Below are positions 54,601 to 64,000 of a stretch of 64,000 nucleotides of DNA, in pieces. Location: positions 451-64,450 of the forward strand of contig CAWACS010000027.1 in NCBI GenBank assembly GCA_963780535.1, given 5' to 3'. The notes beneath the pieces are model-generated. The model worked only from the letters and a program-made list of their open reading frames with translations. It was not told where the DNA came from and ran no database searches. Position 1 is the stretch's first letter. Each line of letters starts with the position of its first letter. The position numbers and the translations under genes were made by a program. The stretch comes from an uncultured Verrucomicrobiae bacterium (GTDB lineage: Bacteria > Verrucomicrobiota > Verrucomicrobiia > Limisphaerales > UBA11358).

Positions 54601-57600
54601 ATGAAGTCCAATAAAGATTTTAAACGGAACGCAATGTCCAAAGCCCGCGGGCTGCGTGTTTTGATAATTATTTTTTGTGGTGTTATTGGCCTGTCATTTC
54701 CGGCCTGGGGTCAAGCAACGCTGCCGGTGGTTGCCATTCATGACTCGGAGTTAACGCGGGCATTGGAATCCATGCCTGCATCCGGTGCAACTCCTACAGG
54801 GCCCGGAACAACCGGCAATCAATGGTGGATAACACAATGGCATTACTTTGTGATGCCGGATTCGGTCAAGGAAGCGCTGCGTTCCGATGGAACGGAGTTC
54901 ACAGTCGTCGGCGATTCAAACATCATTGCCGGGGTTTTGACGAATGCCAACGGATCCCCCAAATATCCCATTGTCATCAGCCTGGCCGCCGAGGCGATCC
55001 AGGACGGTGAAATCGCCCAACTGACCAACTATGTTGCGGCCGGAGGATTCCTGTTTGTAGGTTCATCTGCTTTCACGCGCTATACGGATGGGACCACACG
55101 GACCAATTTTGCGATTGCCAGCGCGATGGGTGTGAACATGGTTAATCCCGGCCTTACCAACTGGTCCCTGGACAGCACTTTTACCAAAATTTCCAACCAT
55201 CCTATCCTCAGCATGCTTCCGAGCGGGCAGATTGAGTGGCAAATGCCGGCATCATCCGAAGAAATATCGTGGCCGGTGTACACCCGTTTTTCGGGTGAGG
55301 ATCCGGACGCGTCCTCTCCCGGTCTTGCCCATTTGGTGTGGCAGGTTCAGGCAAATGGCGCCACCGTCATTGCCCAGGGAGACATGAATTTGCCCTATCT
55401 TTTGGTAAAGCCTTACGGCAAAGGTTACTTCATTTATGATGCTGCGATGCAACCCTTGATCGGCCATGGCGGCTGGGCCCCGGGGATGTATGCCTATAGC
55501 ATATTCAGAAACGCCATCCAATGGGCATTTGCGTCCGCCGGGCTGCCGGTCGTCAAACGAAGCCCGTGGCCTTATTCTTATAACGCGGCCGTGATGTTTC
55601 GCCACGATATGGAGGCCATTCCGACTAACATTATCAGCATCGAACAGTCGGCTCAGTTTGAGCATACCAATGGAGCCAGCGGGGACTATTTCTTTTGTAC
55701 CGGCACTTTGCGCCTGGACATGCCCAACCCGACGATGACGAATACCATCGCCAGCCTGCAGCGGGCGATTTCACTCTACGGTGCGACCATTAACGCACAC
55801 AATGGGGGGTTCACCAACATCAATAATGTTTACAACCCGCCCTTGATTTCCATCGAATCCCACCTGAGCCAATTGATCTCAGAAGGATGGTTCAGCACCT
55901 TGGAACCCTATACCGATCCAATTTTAGCGCCCTTTCCTTCCACCGGTCTGGAATATGATTATTGGCATTGGTCGCCGGATGAGATTTTGGACCTTACCAA
56001 TCTTCCGCCCGGCTATGCCAGTGGCAGTGCCTACTCAGTGGCTTCCATTTCAAATTCGTTCGTTGATCTTGCGGGATGGGGCCTTACGAACGGGACGCCG
56101 CGCGCGTGGGTGGCTCCCTATTTTAACGCGACCCGCGAAGGCTCCTTCCAAATCGAACAACAACTGGGCATTAAAATCGCGGGCGAGACTAAACTTTCTC
56201 CTTTTCCTCATTGGACCCTCTCGACGCAGACGCCGGATGAATTATATCCGACCCTGCAACTCCCTGTCAGCGATTGGTTCGTCAACTTCCAAGGTTTAAC
56301 ACAAATCGCGCAAGCCATGGAGGCTGGCCATACAACTGCAACCGTGCAATCGCTGGTTGACGCCTATTACAATTTGGGAGCATTGCTCAATCTTTATTGT
56401 CACAGCGAATCGCCCAGTGGTGGCCCGGCCGGCTCGTTGCCGGGTACTTATATTACCTACAGCTTGAGCAAGCCAAGAATCTGGTCAACCAATGCGACCG
56501 GGATCTATACGTGGTGGCTGCAGCAATCCAATGCTCAAGTTTCCGCGATCTGTACAAATATCAACGGTCAATGTGTAACCAGCCTTTCCATCGCCGGTGA
56601 AGGCAATACGAATGCAGCAGTTGAGATTCTGGCGCCCAGCGCCTCATATTCTGCCCTCCAGGTTTCTACCAATGGCACTCCCGCAGGCACGAACATTTAT
56701 CGGACCAACGGCCAGGTCATCAAGGTGCTGGTCGGCACGTCGGTTTCCAATGCGGTGATCAGCTATTTGATTCCTCCGACTGCCCAGAACGACGTTTTCA
56801 CTGTTCGGCAAGGCTCTTCCCTGGTGGTCTCAGCCCCGGGTGTTTTAACCAATGACACGTTGGGCAGTGGCGGCGGCAGTCTGACCGCGATGCTGGTAAG
56901 CGGGCCGGTGAATGGTTCGCTGACTTTAAATGTCGATGGTTCCTTCACCTACACGCCCACGGGCAATTTTACCGGTGCGGATGCCTTCTCCTACCAGGCC
57001 GTCAGCGGTTCGTTGACCTCGAGCGTGGCGACTGTGACTCTGATGGTTTTGGCGCCGGACGAATTCGTTTACGACACCTTCGCACGCCCGACGAATACCG
57101 AGGACATTTTCCCTTGGGTCCAGGAACTTGGCTCATGGAGCATAACCAATAATGCGCTGGCCGGAACCAGCCCACTTAATAGTTACGGCTATGCCTATTA
57201 CGGTAACAATGCCAGTTGGAATGACTTTTCCGTGCAGGCGCAAATCCAATTTTCTTCGACGAATGGATTGGGCGGGGGCATTGGTGGAAGGCTGAATCCG
57301 GTCAACGGAGCGCATTATGCCGCCTGGATTTATCCGGAGGGTTCTTCCGACGGACCGGGGAATGGGACGGCTGTGTTGCAGCTTGTCAAGTTTGAGACCT
57401 GGACGGCTTTCACGCTGATTGGAAATCCGATAACTCTGCCGGGAGTGGGCACGAATCCCCATACCCTGAAACTGGCCTTCCAGACCAACAGCATCGCCGC
57501 TTATTTCGACGGTGTCCTGGAGACCAACGTGACGGACACCGGAACCATTGATGGATCGCCTGCCTATACCAACGGAACCGTCAGTCTGGACATGTACACG

Positions 57601-60600
57601 GACCCGAATGCATACACAATGACGGCGGACAACGTAATTGTAAGCGCTTTTGCGGTCGCGGCCAACAATGACAGTTACACTACGTCGAAAAACACGGCTT
57701 TACACATCCCTGCGCCCGGCGTTCTGGCCAACGACTCCGGTGGCATGGGAAGCCTGACAGCTCTTCTGGTTGGCAATCCGTCCAACGGTAGTCTGACGCT
57801 CACTAACAACGGTGGCTTCACTTACACACCGGCCAACAACTTTACCGGGGTGGACAGTTTTACCTATGAGGCCACCGATGGCCAGACTACTTCCAGCCTG
57901 GCGACGGTGACCATCACGGTCAATAACTCTCCGGTGGCCAACAATGACAGTTATGTCGTTGCGGAAAATACCACTTTGACCGTGGGACCTCCAGGAATCC
58001 TGGCCAATGATACCGGCGGAAATGGAAGCCTGTCAGCCATTTTGGTCAGTGGCCCATCCAATGGAACCTTGGCTCTGACAAACAATGGCAGTTTCGGTTA
58101 TACGCCGGCGAATAATTATACCGGGTCGGATAGCTTCACTTACCAGGCCACAGATGGAACCTCCACCTCCGGTGTGGCGACGGTGACCTTTACGGTGACA
58201 GCCCCGCCCACGGCCAACAATGACATCTATGGGATGACTCCGGGAACCATTCTGAATGTGCCCGCACCTGGGGTTTTGACCAATGACACGGGTGGCGTTG
58301 GAAGTCTCTCCGCTGTGTTAGCCTCCGCGCCGCTCCATGGCATTTTGAATCTGAACAGCTCAGGAGGGTTTGGCTACCAGCCGACAAATAATTTCTTTGG
58401 CATTGATGATTTTACCTATCAAGCCACCGACGGGACAAGCACGTCGGCCGTCGCGGCGGTGGCTGTTGAGGTCACACCAATTGGAAAGCTTCTGGTGGAC
58501 AACTTCACCCGTTCATTGATTTGGCCTTGGGTGATACAGTCGGGAAGCTGGAGCATAACGAACAACGCGCTGATGGGTGTAAACAACTCCGGCCCCTACG
58601 CGTATGGCGATGCTTATATCAGCAACAACTGGACTGACTATGTTGTGCAGGGACATATCCAATTCTCCTCAACCAATGCGTGGGGCGGAGGCATTGGCGG
58701 GCGCGTGAACCCGACGACCGGAGCGCATTACGCCGCTTGGATTTACCCCGAAGGGTCGCAAGGGGATAATTATCCAGGTGCGCCGACGGGGTTGGCGGTG
58801 TTGAAACTGATTAGATTCACGGGTTGGGGTGCGGACATGGGCAGCACTTACACAGTCATGGCGCAGGTAAATTTGCCGAACGTCGGTAACAATTGGCATA
58901 CCGTGCAAATGGCTTTCCAGGGGACAAACATCGTGGTGAGTTTTGATGGCACCCAGGAAATCAACACCAACGATTCAGCATCGTTTGCCAGCGGCGGGAT
59001 CAATGTGGGCATGTATTCAGATACGACGCTTTACACGCTTTTGGTCAGTAATGTCGTCGTGGCTCCGTTGGTCGCTGATGACAGCTTCACGGCGGGTGAA
59101 AATACGACGTTGAATGTGTCCGCCCCCGGCATATTGACCAATGACACGGATGTGTACGGGGCCGGTCTGACTGCCGCGTTGGTCAGTGGTCCGGCCCACG
59201 GCACACTGACTTTGACCAACAATGGTGGATTCAGCTATACGCCGACAACCAGCTTTGTCGGTACAGACAGTTTTATTTACAGCGCCAATTCGGGGGCGAC
59301 CAATCTGGGCACCGCCACGGTGACGATAACCGTCATCCCGACTTTGACGGTGAGCGTGAACAGCACGAACCGGGCGTACGGGACGACCAACCCGGTGTTC
59401 ACAGTTGGTTACAGCGGATTCGTTAATGGCGATGGAACCAATGTGCTTACAGGCGCGCCAATAATCACCACCACGGCCACAACCAACAGTCCAGTCGGTA
59501 ATTATGCAATTACGATCAGCCAGGGTACGTTAAGCGCCACCAACTACAACTTTGTATTCGTAAATGGAACGCTGACGGTGACCCAAGCAGTGGTGACCAT
59601 AGCGTCTGGGCTGGGTGCCAACAGCAAGCCATACGACGGGACAACGACGGCGACGATCACCTCGAACAACGTGGTGCTGGCCGGGGTGTTGGCTGGGGAC
59701 GTGAACAACGTGAAGCTTTCAACGAACGGGTACGTGGCGAACTTTGTGAGCGCGAACGTGGGGACGGGGATTGCGGTGACGGTAAGCGGGTTGACGCTGA
59801 CCGGGAGTGCGGCGGGGAACTACAACTTGAGCCAGCCGGCGGGATTGAGCAATAACATCACGGCGTTGGGCGTGACGATCAGTTCAGGGCTGACGGCCAA
59901 CAGCAAGCCGTACGACGGGACGACAACGGCGACGATCACCTCGAACAACGTGGTGCTGGCCGGTGTGTTGGCTGGGGACGTGAACAACGTGAAGCTTTCA
60001 ACGAACGGGTACGTGGCAAACTTCGTGAGCGCGAACGTGGGGACGGGGATTGCGGTGACGGTAAGCGGGTTGACGCTGACCGGGAGCGCGGCGGGGAACT
60101 ACAACTTGAGCCAGCCGACGGGATTGAGCAATAACATCACGGCGTTGGGCGTGACGATCAGTTCGGGGCTGACGGCCAACAGCAAGCCGTATGACGGGAC
60201 GACAACGGCGACGATCACCTCGAACAACGTGGTGCTGGCCGGGGTGTTGGCTGGGGACGTGAACAACGTGAAGCTTTCAACGAACGGGTACGTGGCAAAC
60301 TTTGTGAGCGCGAACGTGGGGACGGGGATTGCGGTGACGGTAAGCGGGTTGACACTGACCGGGAGCGCGGCGGGGAACTACAACTTGAGCCAGCCGGCGG
60401 GCTTGAGCAATAACATCACGGCGTTGGGCGTGACGATCAGTTCAGGCATAACAGCCAACGGCAAACCGTATGACGGGACAACAACGGCGACGATCACCTC
60501 GAACAACGTGGTGCTGGCCGGTGTGTTGGCTGGGGACGTGAACAACGTGAAGCTTTCAACGAACGGGTACGTGGCGAACTTTGTGAGCGCGAACGTGGGG

Positions 60601-63600
60601 ACGGGGATTGCGGTGACGGTGAGCGGACTGACGCTGACCGGGAGCGCGGCGGGGAACTACAACTTGAGCCAGCCGACGGGATTGAGCAATAACATCACGG
60701 CGTTGGGCGTGACGATCAGTTCAGGGCTGACGGCCAACAGCAAGCCGTACGACGGGACGACAACGGCGACGATCACCTCGAACAACGTGGTGCTGGCCGG
60801 TGTGTTGGCTGGGGACGTGAACAACGTGAAGCTTTCAACGAACGGGTACGTGGCAAACTTCGTGAGCGCGAACGTGGGGACGGGGATTGCGGTGACGGTA
60901 AGCGGGTTGACGCTGACCGGGAGCGCGGCGGGGAACTACAACTTGAGCCAGCCGACGGGATTGAGCAATAACATCACGGCGTTGGGGGTGACGATCAGTT
61001 CAGGGCTGACGGCCAACAGCAAGCCGTATGACGGGACGACAACGGCGACGATCACCTCGAACAACGTGGTGCTGGCCGGGGTGTTGGCTGGGGACGTGAA
61101 CAACGTGAAGCTTTCAACGAACGGGTACGTGGCAAACTTTGTGAGCGCGAACGTGGGGACGGGGATTGCGGTGACGGTAAGCGGGTTGACGCTGACCGGG
61201 AGCGCGGCGGGGAACTACAACTTGAGCCAGCCGACGGGATTGAGCAATAACATCACGGCGTTGGGCGTGACGATCAGTTCAGGGCTGACGGCCAACAGCA
61301 AGCCGTACGACGGGACGACAACGGCGACGATCACCTCGAACAACGTGGTGCTGGCCGGGGTGTTGGCTGGGGACGTGAACAACGTGAAGCTTTCGACGAA
61401 CGGGTACGTGGCAAACTTTGTGAGCGCGAACGTGGGGACGGGGATTGCGGTGACGGTAAGCGGGTTGACGCTGACCGGGAGTGCGGCGGGGAACTACAAC
61501 TTGAGCCAGCCGACGGGATTGAGCAATAACATCACGGCGTTGGGGGTGACGATCAGTTCAGGCATAACAGCCAACGGCAAACCGTATGACGGGACAACAA
61601 CGGCGACGATCACCTCGAACAACGTGGTGCTGGCCGGGGTGTTGGCTGGGGACGTGAACAACGTGAAGCTTTCGACGAACGGGTACGTGGCGAACTTTGT
61701 GAGCGCGAACGTGGGGACGGGGATTGCGGTGACGGTAAGCGGGTTGACACTGACCGGGAGTGCGGCGGGGAACTACAACTTGAGCCAGCCGGCGGGATTG
61801 AGCAATAACATCACGGCGTTGGGCGTGACGATCAGTTCAGGGCTGACGGCCAACAGCAAGCCGTACGACGGGACGACAACGGCGACGATCACCTCGAACA
61901 ACGTGGTGCTGGCCGGTGTGTTGGCTGGGGACGTGAACAACGTGAAGCTTTCAACGAACGGGTACGTGGCAAACTTCGTGAGCGCGAACGTGGGGACGGG
62001 GATTGCGGTGACGGTAAGCGGGTTGACGCTGACCGGGAGCGCGGCGGGGAACTACAACTTGAGCCAGCCGACGGGATTGAGCAATAACATCACGGCGTTG
62101 GGCGTGACGATCAGTTCGGGGCTGACGGCCAACAGCAAGCCGTATGACGGGACGACAACGGCGACGATCACCTCGAACAACGTGGTGCTGGCCGGGGTGT
62201 TGGCTGGGGACGTGAACAACGTGAAGCTTTCAACGAACGGGTACGTGGCAAACTTTGTGAGCGCGAACGTGGGGACGGGGATTGCGGTGACGGTAAGCGG
62301 GTTGACACTGACCGGGAGCGCGGCGGGGAACTACAACTTGAGCCAGCCGGCGGGCTTGAGCAATAACATCACGGCGTTGGGCGTGACGATCAGTTCAGGC
62401 ATAACAGCCAACGGCAAACCGTATGACGGGACAACAACGGCGACGATCACCTCGAACAACGTGGTGCTGGCCGGTGTGTTGGCTGGGGACGTGAACAACG
62501 TGAAGCTTTCAACGAACGGGTACGTGGCGAACTTTGTGAGCGCGAACGTGGGGACGGGGATTGCGGTGACGGTGAGCGGGTTGACGCTGACCGGGAGCGC
62601 GGCGGGGAACTACAACTTGAGCCAGCCGACGGGATTGAGCAATAACATCACGGCGTTGGGCGTGACGATCAGTTCAGGGCTGACGGCCAACAGCAAGCCG
62701 TACGACGGGACGACAACGGCGACGATCACCTCGAACAACGTGGTGCTGGCCGGTGTGTTGGCTGGGGACGTGAACAACGTGAAGCTTTCAACGAACGGGT
62801 ACGTGGCAAACTTCGTGAGCGCGAACGTGGGGACGGGGATTGCGGTGACGGTAAGCGGGTTGACGCTGACCGGGAGTGCGGCGGGGAACTACAACTTGAG
62901 CCAGCCGACGGGATTGAGCAATAACATCACGGCGTTGGGCGTGACGATCAGTTCGGGGCTGACGGCCAACAGCAAGCCGTATGACGGGACGACAACGGCG
63001 ACGATCACCTCGAACAACGTGGTGCTGGCCGGGGTGTTGGCTGGGGACGTGAACAACGTGAAGCTTTCAACGAACGGGTACGTGGCAAACTTTGTGAGCG
63101 CGAACGTGGGGACGGGGATTGCGGTGACGGTAAGCGGGTTGACGCTGACCGGGAGCGCGGCGGGGAACTACAACTTGAGCCAGCCGGCGGGATTGAGCAA
63201 TAACATCACGGCGTTGGGCGTGACGATCAGTTCGGGGCTGACGGCCAACAGCAAGCCGTACGACGGGACGACAACGGCGACGATCACCTCGAACAACGTG
63301 GTGCTGGCCGGTGTGTTGGCTGGGGACGTGAACAACGTGAAGCTTTCGACGAACGGGTACGTGGCGAACTTTGTGAGCGCGAACGTGGGGACGGGGATTG
63401 CGGTGACGGTAAGCGGGTTGACACTGACCGGGAGCGCGGCGGGGAACTACAACTTGAGCCAGCCGGCGGGATTGAGCAATAACATCACGGCGTTGGGCGT
63501 GACGATCAGTTCAGGCATAACAGCCAACGGCAAACCGTATGACGGGACAACAACGGCGACGATCACCTCGAACAACGTGGTGCTGGCCGGTGTGTTGGCT

Positions 63601-64000
63601 GGGGACGTGAACAACGTGAAGCTTTCAACGAACGGGTACGTGGCGAACTTTGTGAGCGCGAACGTGGGGACGGGGATTGCGGTGACGGTGAGCGGGTTGA
63701 CGCTGACCGGGAGCGCGGCGGGGAACTACAACTTGAGCCAGCCGACGGGATTGAGCAATAACATCACGGCGTTGGGCGTGACGATCAGTTCAGGGCTGAC
63801 GGCCAACAGCAAGCCGTACGACGGGACGACAACGGCGACGATCACCTCGAACAACGTGGTGCTGGCCGGGGTGTTGGCTGGGGACGTGAACAACGTGAAG
63901 CTTTCAACGAACGGGTACGTGGCAAACTTCGTGAGCGCGAACGTGGGGACGGGGATTGCGGTGACGGTAAGCGGGTTGACGCTGACCGGGAGCGCGGCGG
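54601..64000 (+). CDS. Giant secreted surface protein/adhesin (>3130 aa, 3' end outside window): N-terminal enzyme-like region, Ig-like Big_9 repeats, lectin-like domains, MBG domain and YDG repeats
   Basis: ATG at 54601, signal peptide ..FPAWG|Q. No stop seen in frame, which explains its absence from the ORF track. Motifs: A.ND.Y..PGVL.ND..G.FTYTP..F.G.DSFTY (Big_9), RAYGTTNPVFTVGYSGFVNGD (MBG) and KPYDGTTTA (YDG). Confidence 0.88.
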   Translation, partial: MKSNKDFKRNAMSKARGLRVLIIIFCGVIGLSFPAWGQATLPVVAIHDSELTRALESMPASGATPTGPGTTGNQWWITQWHYFVMPDSVKEALRSDGTEFTVVGDSNIIAGVLTNANGSPKYPIVISLAAEAIQDGEIAQLTNYVAAGGFLFVGSSAFTRYTDGTTRTNFAIASAMGVNMVNPGLTNWSLDSTFTKISNHPILSMLPSGQIEWQMPASSEEISWPVYTRFSGEDPDASSPGLAHLVWQVQANGATVIAQGDMNLPYLLVKPYGKGYFIYDAAMQPLIGHGGWAPGMYAYSIFRNAIQWAFASAGLPVVKRSPWPYSYNAAVMFRHDMEAIPTNIISIEQSAQFEHTNGASGDYFFCTGTLRLDMPNPTMTNTIASLQRAISLYGATINAHNGGFTNINNVYNPPLISIESHLSQLISEGWFSTLEPYTDPILAPFPSTGLEYDYWHWSPDEILDLTNLPPGYASGSAYSVASISNSFVDLAGWGLTNGTPRAWVAPYFNATREGSFQIEQQLGIKIAGETKLSPFPHWTLSTQTPDELYPTLQLPVSDWFVNFQGLTQIAQAMEAGHTTATVQSLVDAYYNLGALLNLYCHSESPSGGPAGSLPGTYITYSLSKPRIWSTNATGIYTWWLQQSNAQVSAICTNINGQCVTSLSIAGEGNTNAAVEILAPSASYSALQVSTNGTPAGTNIYRTNGQVIKVLVGTSVSNAVISYLIPPTAQNDVFTVRQGSSLVVSAPGVLTNDTLGSGGGSLTAMLVSGPVNGSLTLNVDGSFTYTPTGNFTGADAFSYQAVSGSLTSSVATVTLMVLAPDEFVYDTFARPTNTEDIFPWVQELGSWSITNNALAGTSPLNSYGYAYYGNNASWNDFSVQAQIQFSSTNGLGGGIGGRLNPVNGAHYAAWIYPEGSSDGPGNGTAVLQLVKFETWTAFTLIGNPITLPGVGTNPHTLKLAFQTNSIAAYFDGVLETNVTDTGTIDGSPAYTNGTVSLDMYTDPNAYTMTADNVIVSAFAVAANNDSYTTSKNTALHIPAPGVLANDSGGMGSLTALLVGNPSNGSLTLTNNGGFTYTPANNFTGVDSFTYEATDGQTTSSLATVTITVNNSPVANNDSYVVAENTTLTVGPPGILANDTGGNGSLSAILVSGPSNGTLALTNNGSFGYTPANNYTGSDSFTYQATDGTSTSGVATVTFTVTAPPTANNDIYGMTPGTILNVPAPGVLTNDTGGVGSLSAVLASAPLHGILNLNSSGGFGYQPTNNFFGIDDFTYQATDGTSTSAVAAVAVEVTPIGKLLVDNFTRSLIWPWVIQSGSWSITNNALMGVNNSGPYAYGDAYISNNWTDYVVQGHIQFSSTNAWGGGIGGRVNPTTGAHYAAWIYPEGSQGDNYPGAPTGLAVLKLIRFTGWGADMGSTYTVMAQVNLPNVGNNWHTVQMAFQGTNIVVSFDGTQEINTNDSASFASGGINVGMYSDTTLYTLLVSNVVVAPLVADDSFTAGENTTLNVSAPGILTNDTDVYGAGLTAALVSGPAHGTLTLTNNGGFSYTPTTSFVGTDSFIYSANSGATNLGTATVTITVIPTLTVSVNSTNRAYGTTNPVFTVGYSGFVNGDGTNVLTGAPIITTTATTNSPVGNYAITISQGTLSATNYNFVFVNGTLTVTQAVVTIASGLGANSKPYDGTTTATITSNNVVLAGVLAGDVNNVKLSTNGYVANFVSANVGTGIAVTVSGLTLTGSAAGNYNLSQPAGLSNNITALGVTISSGLTANSKPYDGTTTATITSNNVVLAGVLAGDVNNVKLSTNGYVANFVSANVGTGIAVTVSGLTLTGSAAGNYNLSQPTGLSNNITALGVTISSGLTANSKPYDGTTTATITSNNVVLAGVLAGDVNNVKLSTNGYVANFVSANVGTGIAVTVSGLTLTGSAAGNYNLSQPAGLSNNITALGVTISSGITANGKPYDGTTTATITSNNVVLAGVLAGDVNNVKLSTNGYVANFVSANVGTGIAVTVSGLTLTGSAAGNYNLSQPTGLSNNITALGVTISSGLTANSKPYDGTTTATITSNNVVLAGVLAGDVNNVKLSTNGYVANFVSANVGTGIAVTVSGLTLTGSAAGNYNLSQPTGLSNNITALGVTISSGLTANSKPYDGTTTATITSNNVVLAGVLAGDVNNVKLSTNGYVANFVSANVGTGIAVTVSGLTLTGSAAGNYNLSQPTGLSNNITALGVTISSGLTANSKPYDGTTTATITSNNVVLAGVLAGDVNNVKLSTNGYVANFVSANVGTGIAVTVSGLTLTGSAAGNYNLSQPTGLSNNITALGVTISSGITANGKPYDGTTTATITSNNVVLAGVLAGDVNNVKLSTNGYVANFVSANVGTGIAVTVSGLTLTGSAAGNYNLSQPAGLSNNITALGVTISSGLTANSKPYDGTTTATITSNNVVLAGVLAGDVNNVKLSTNGYVANFVSANVGTGIAVTVSGLTLTGSAAGNYNLSQPTGLSNNITALGVTISSGLTANSKPYDGTTTATITSNNVVLAGVLAGDVNNVKLSTNGYVANFVSANVGTGIAVTVSGLTLTGSAAGNYNLSQPAGLSNNITALGVTISSGITANGKPYDGTTTATITSNNVVLAGVLAGDVNNVKLSTNGYVANFVSANVGTGIAVTVSGLTLTGSAAGNYNLSQPTGLSNNITALGVTISSGLTANSKPYDGTTTATITSNNVVLAGVLAGDVNNVKLSTNGYVANFVSANVGTGIAVTVSGLTLTGSAAGNYNLSQPTGLSNNITALGVTISSGLTANSKPYDGTTTATITSNNVVLAGVLAGDVNNVKLSTNGYVANFVSANVGTGIAVTVSGLTLTGSAAGNYNLSQPAGLSNNITALGVTISSGLTANSKPYDGTTTATITSNNVVLAGVLAGDVNNVKLSTNGYVANFVSANVGTGIAVTVSGLTLTGSAAGNYNLSQPAGLSNNITALGVTISSGITANGKPYDGTTTATITSNNVVLAGVLAGDVNNVKLSTNGYVANFVSANVGTGIAVTVSGLTLTGSAAGNYNLSQPTGLSNNITALGVTISSGLTANSKPYDGTTTATITSNNVVLAGVLAGDVNNVKLSTNGYVANFVSANVGTGIAVTVSGLTLTGSAA
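59590..64000 (+). repeat. 279-bp (93-aa) YDG-domain tandem repeat, at least 16 copies
   Basis: YDG codons recur exactly every 279 bp from 59632 to 63817; the last copy is truncated by the window end. Confidence 0.96.

Noticed and set aside
59590-64000. Long tandem repeats as a CRISPR array or satellite DNA
   Set aside because: The period is a multiple of 3, there are no unique spacers, and it translates as in-frame YDG domains.

Overview
GC-rich bacterial chromosome segment. Gene content and style suggest Verrucomicrobia (inference). Housekeeping genes fill 1-8.9 kb and 14.5-29.1 kb: DUF1800/DUF1501, LacI regulator, NAD kinase, TlyA, two PilT-family ATPases, rsmE, dnaJ, grpE, DUF2723 protein, ECF sigma, rpsT, a hybrid histidine kinase, rpe and a phosphohexomutase. 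Between them is a ~5.6 kb minus-strand island with a type V-B (Cas12b) CRISPR locus. cas4-cas1, cas2, a leader, a recognisable tracrRNA and a 6-repeat array look intact. cas12b is reduced to a 36-aa N-terminal piece and a ~356-aa RuvC-II/III C-terminal piece. The array ends in a perfect 28-bp hairpin, and a six-repeat HTH/Myb-like protein and a DUF6429 gene lie upstream. From 29.2 kb the window is an exopolysaccharide/cell-surface locus led by a NusG paralogue. It includes a Wzc-like protein with a degenerate kinase motif, glycosyltransferases, a PEP-CTERM protein, a beta-helix protein with 7 x 102-aa repeats, and a giant (>3130 aa) secreted protein missing from the ORF track, with at least 16 YDG repeats running off the window end. 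All family assignments come from motif recognition by eye; no searches were run.
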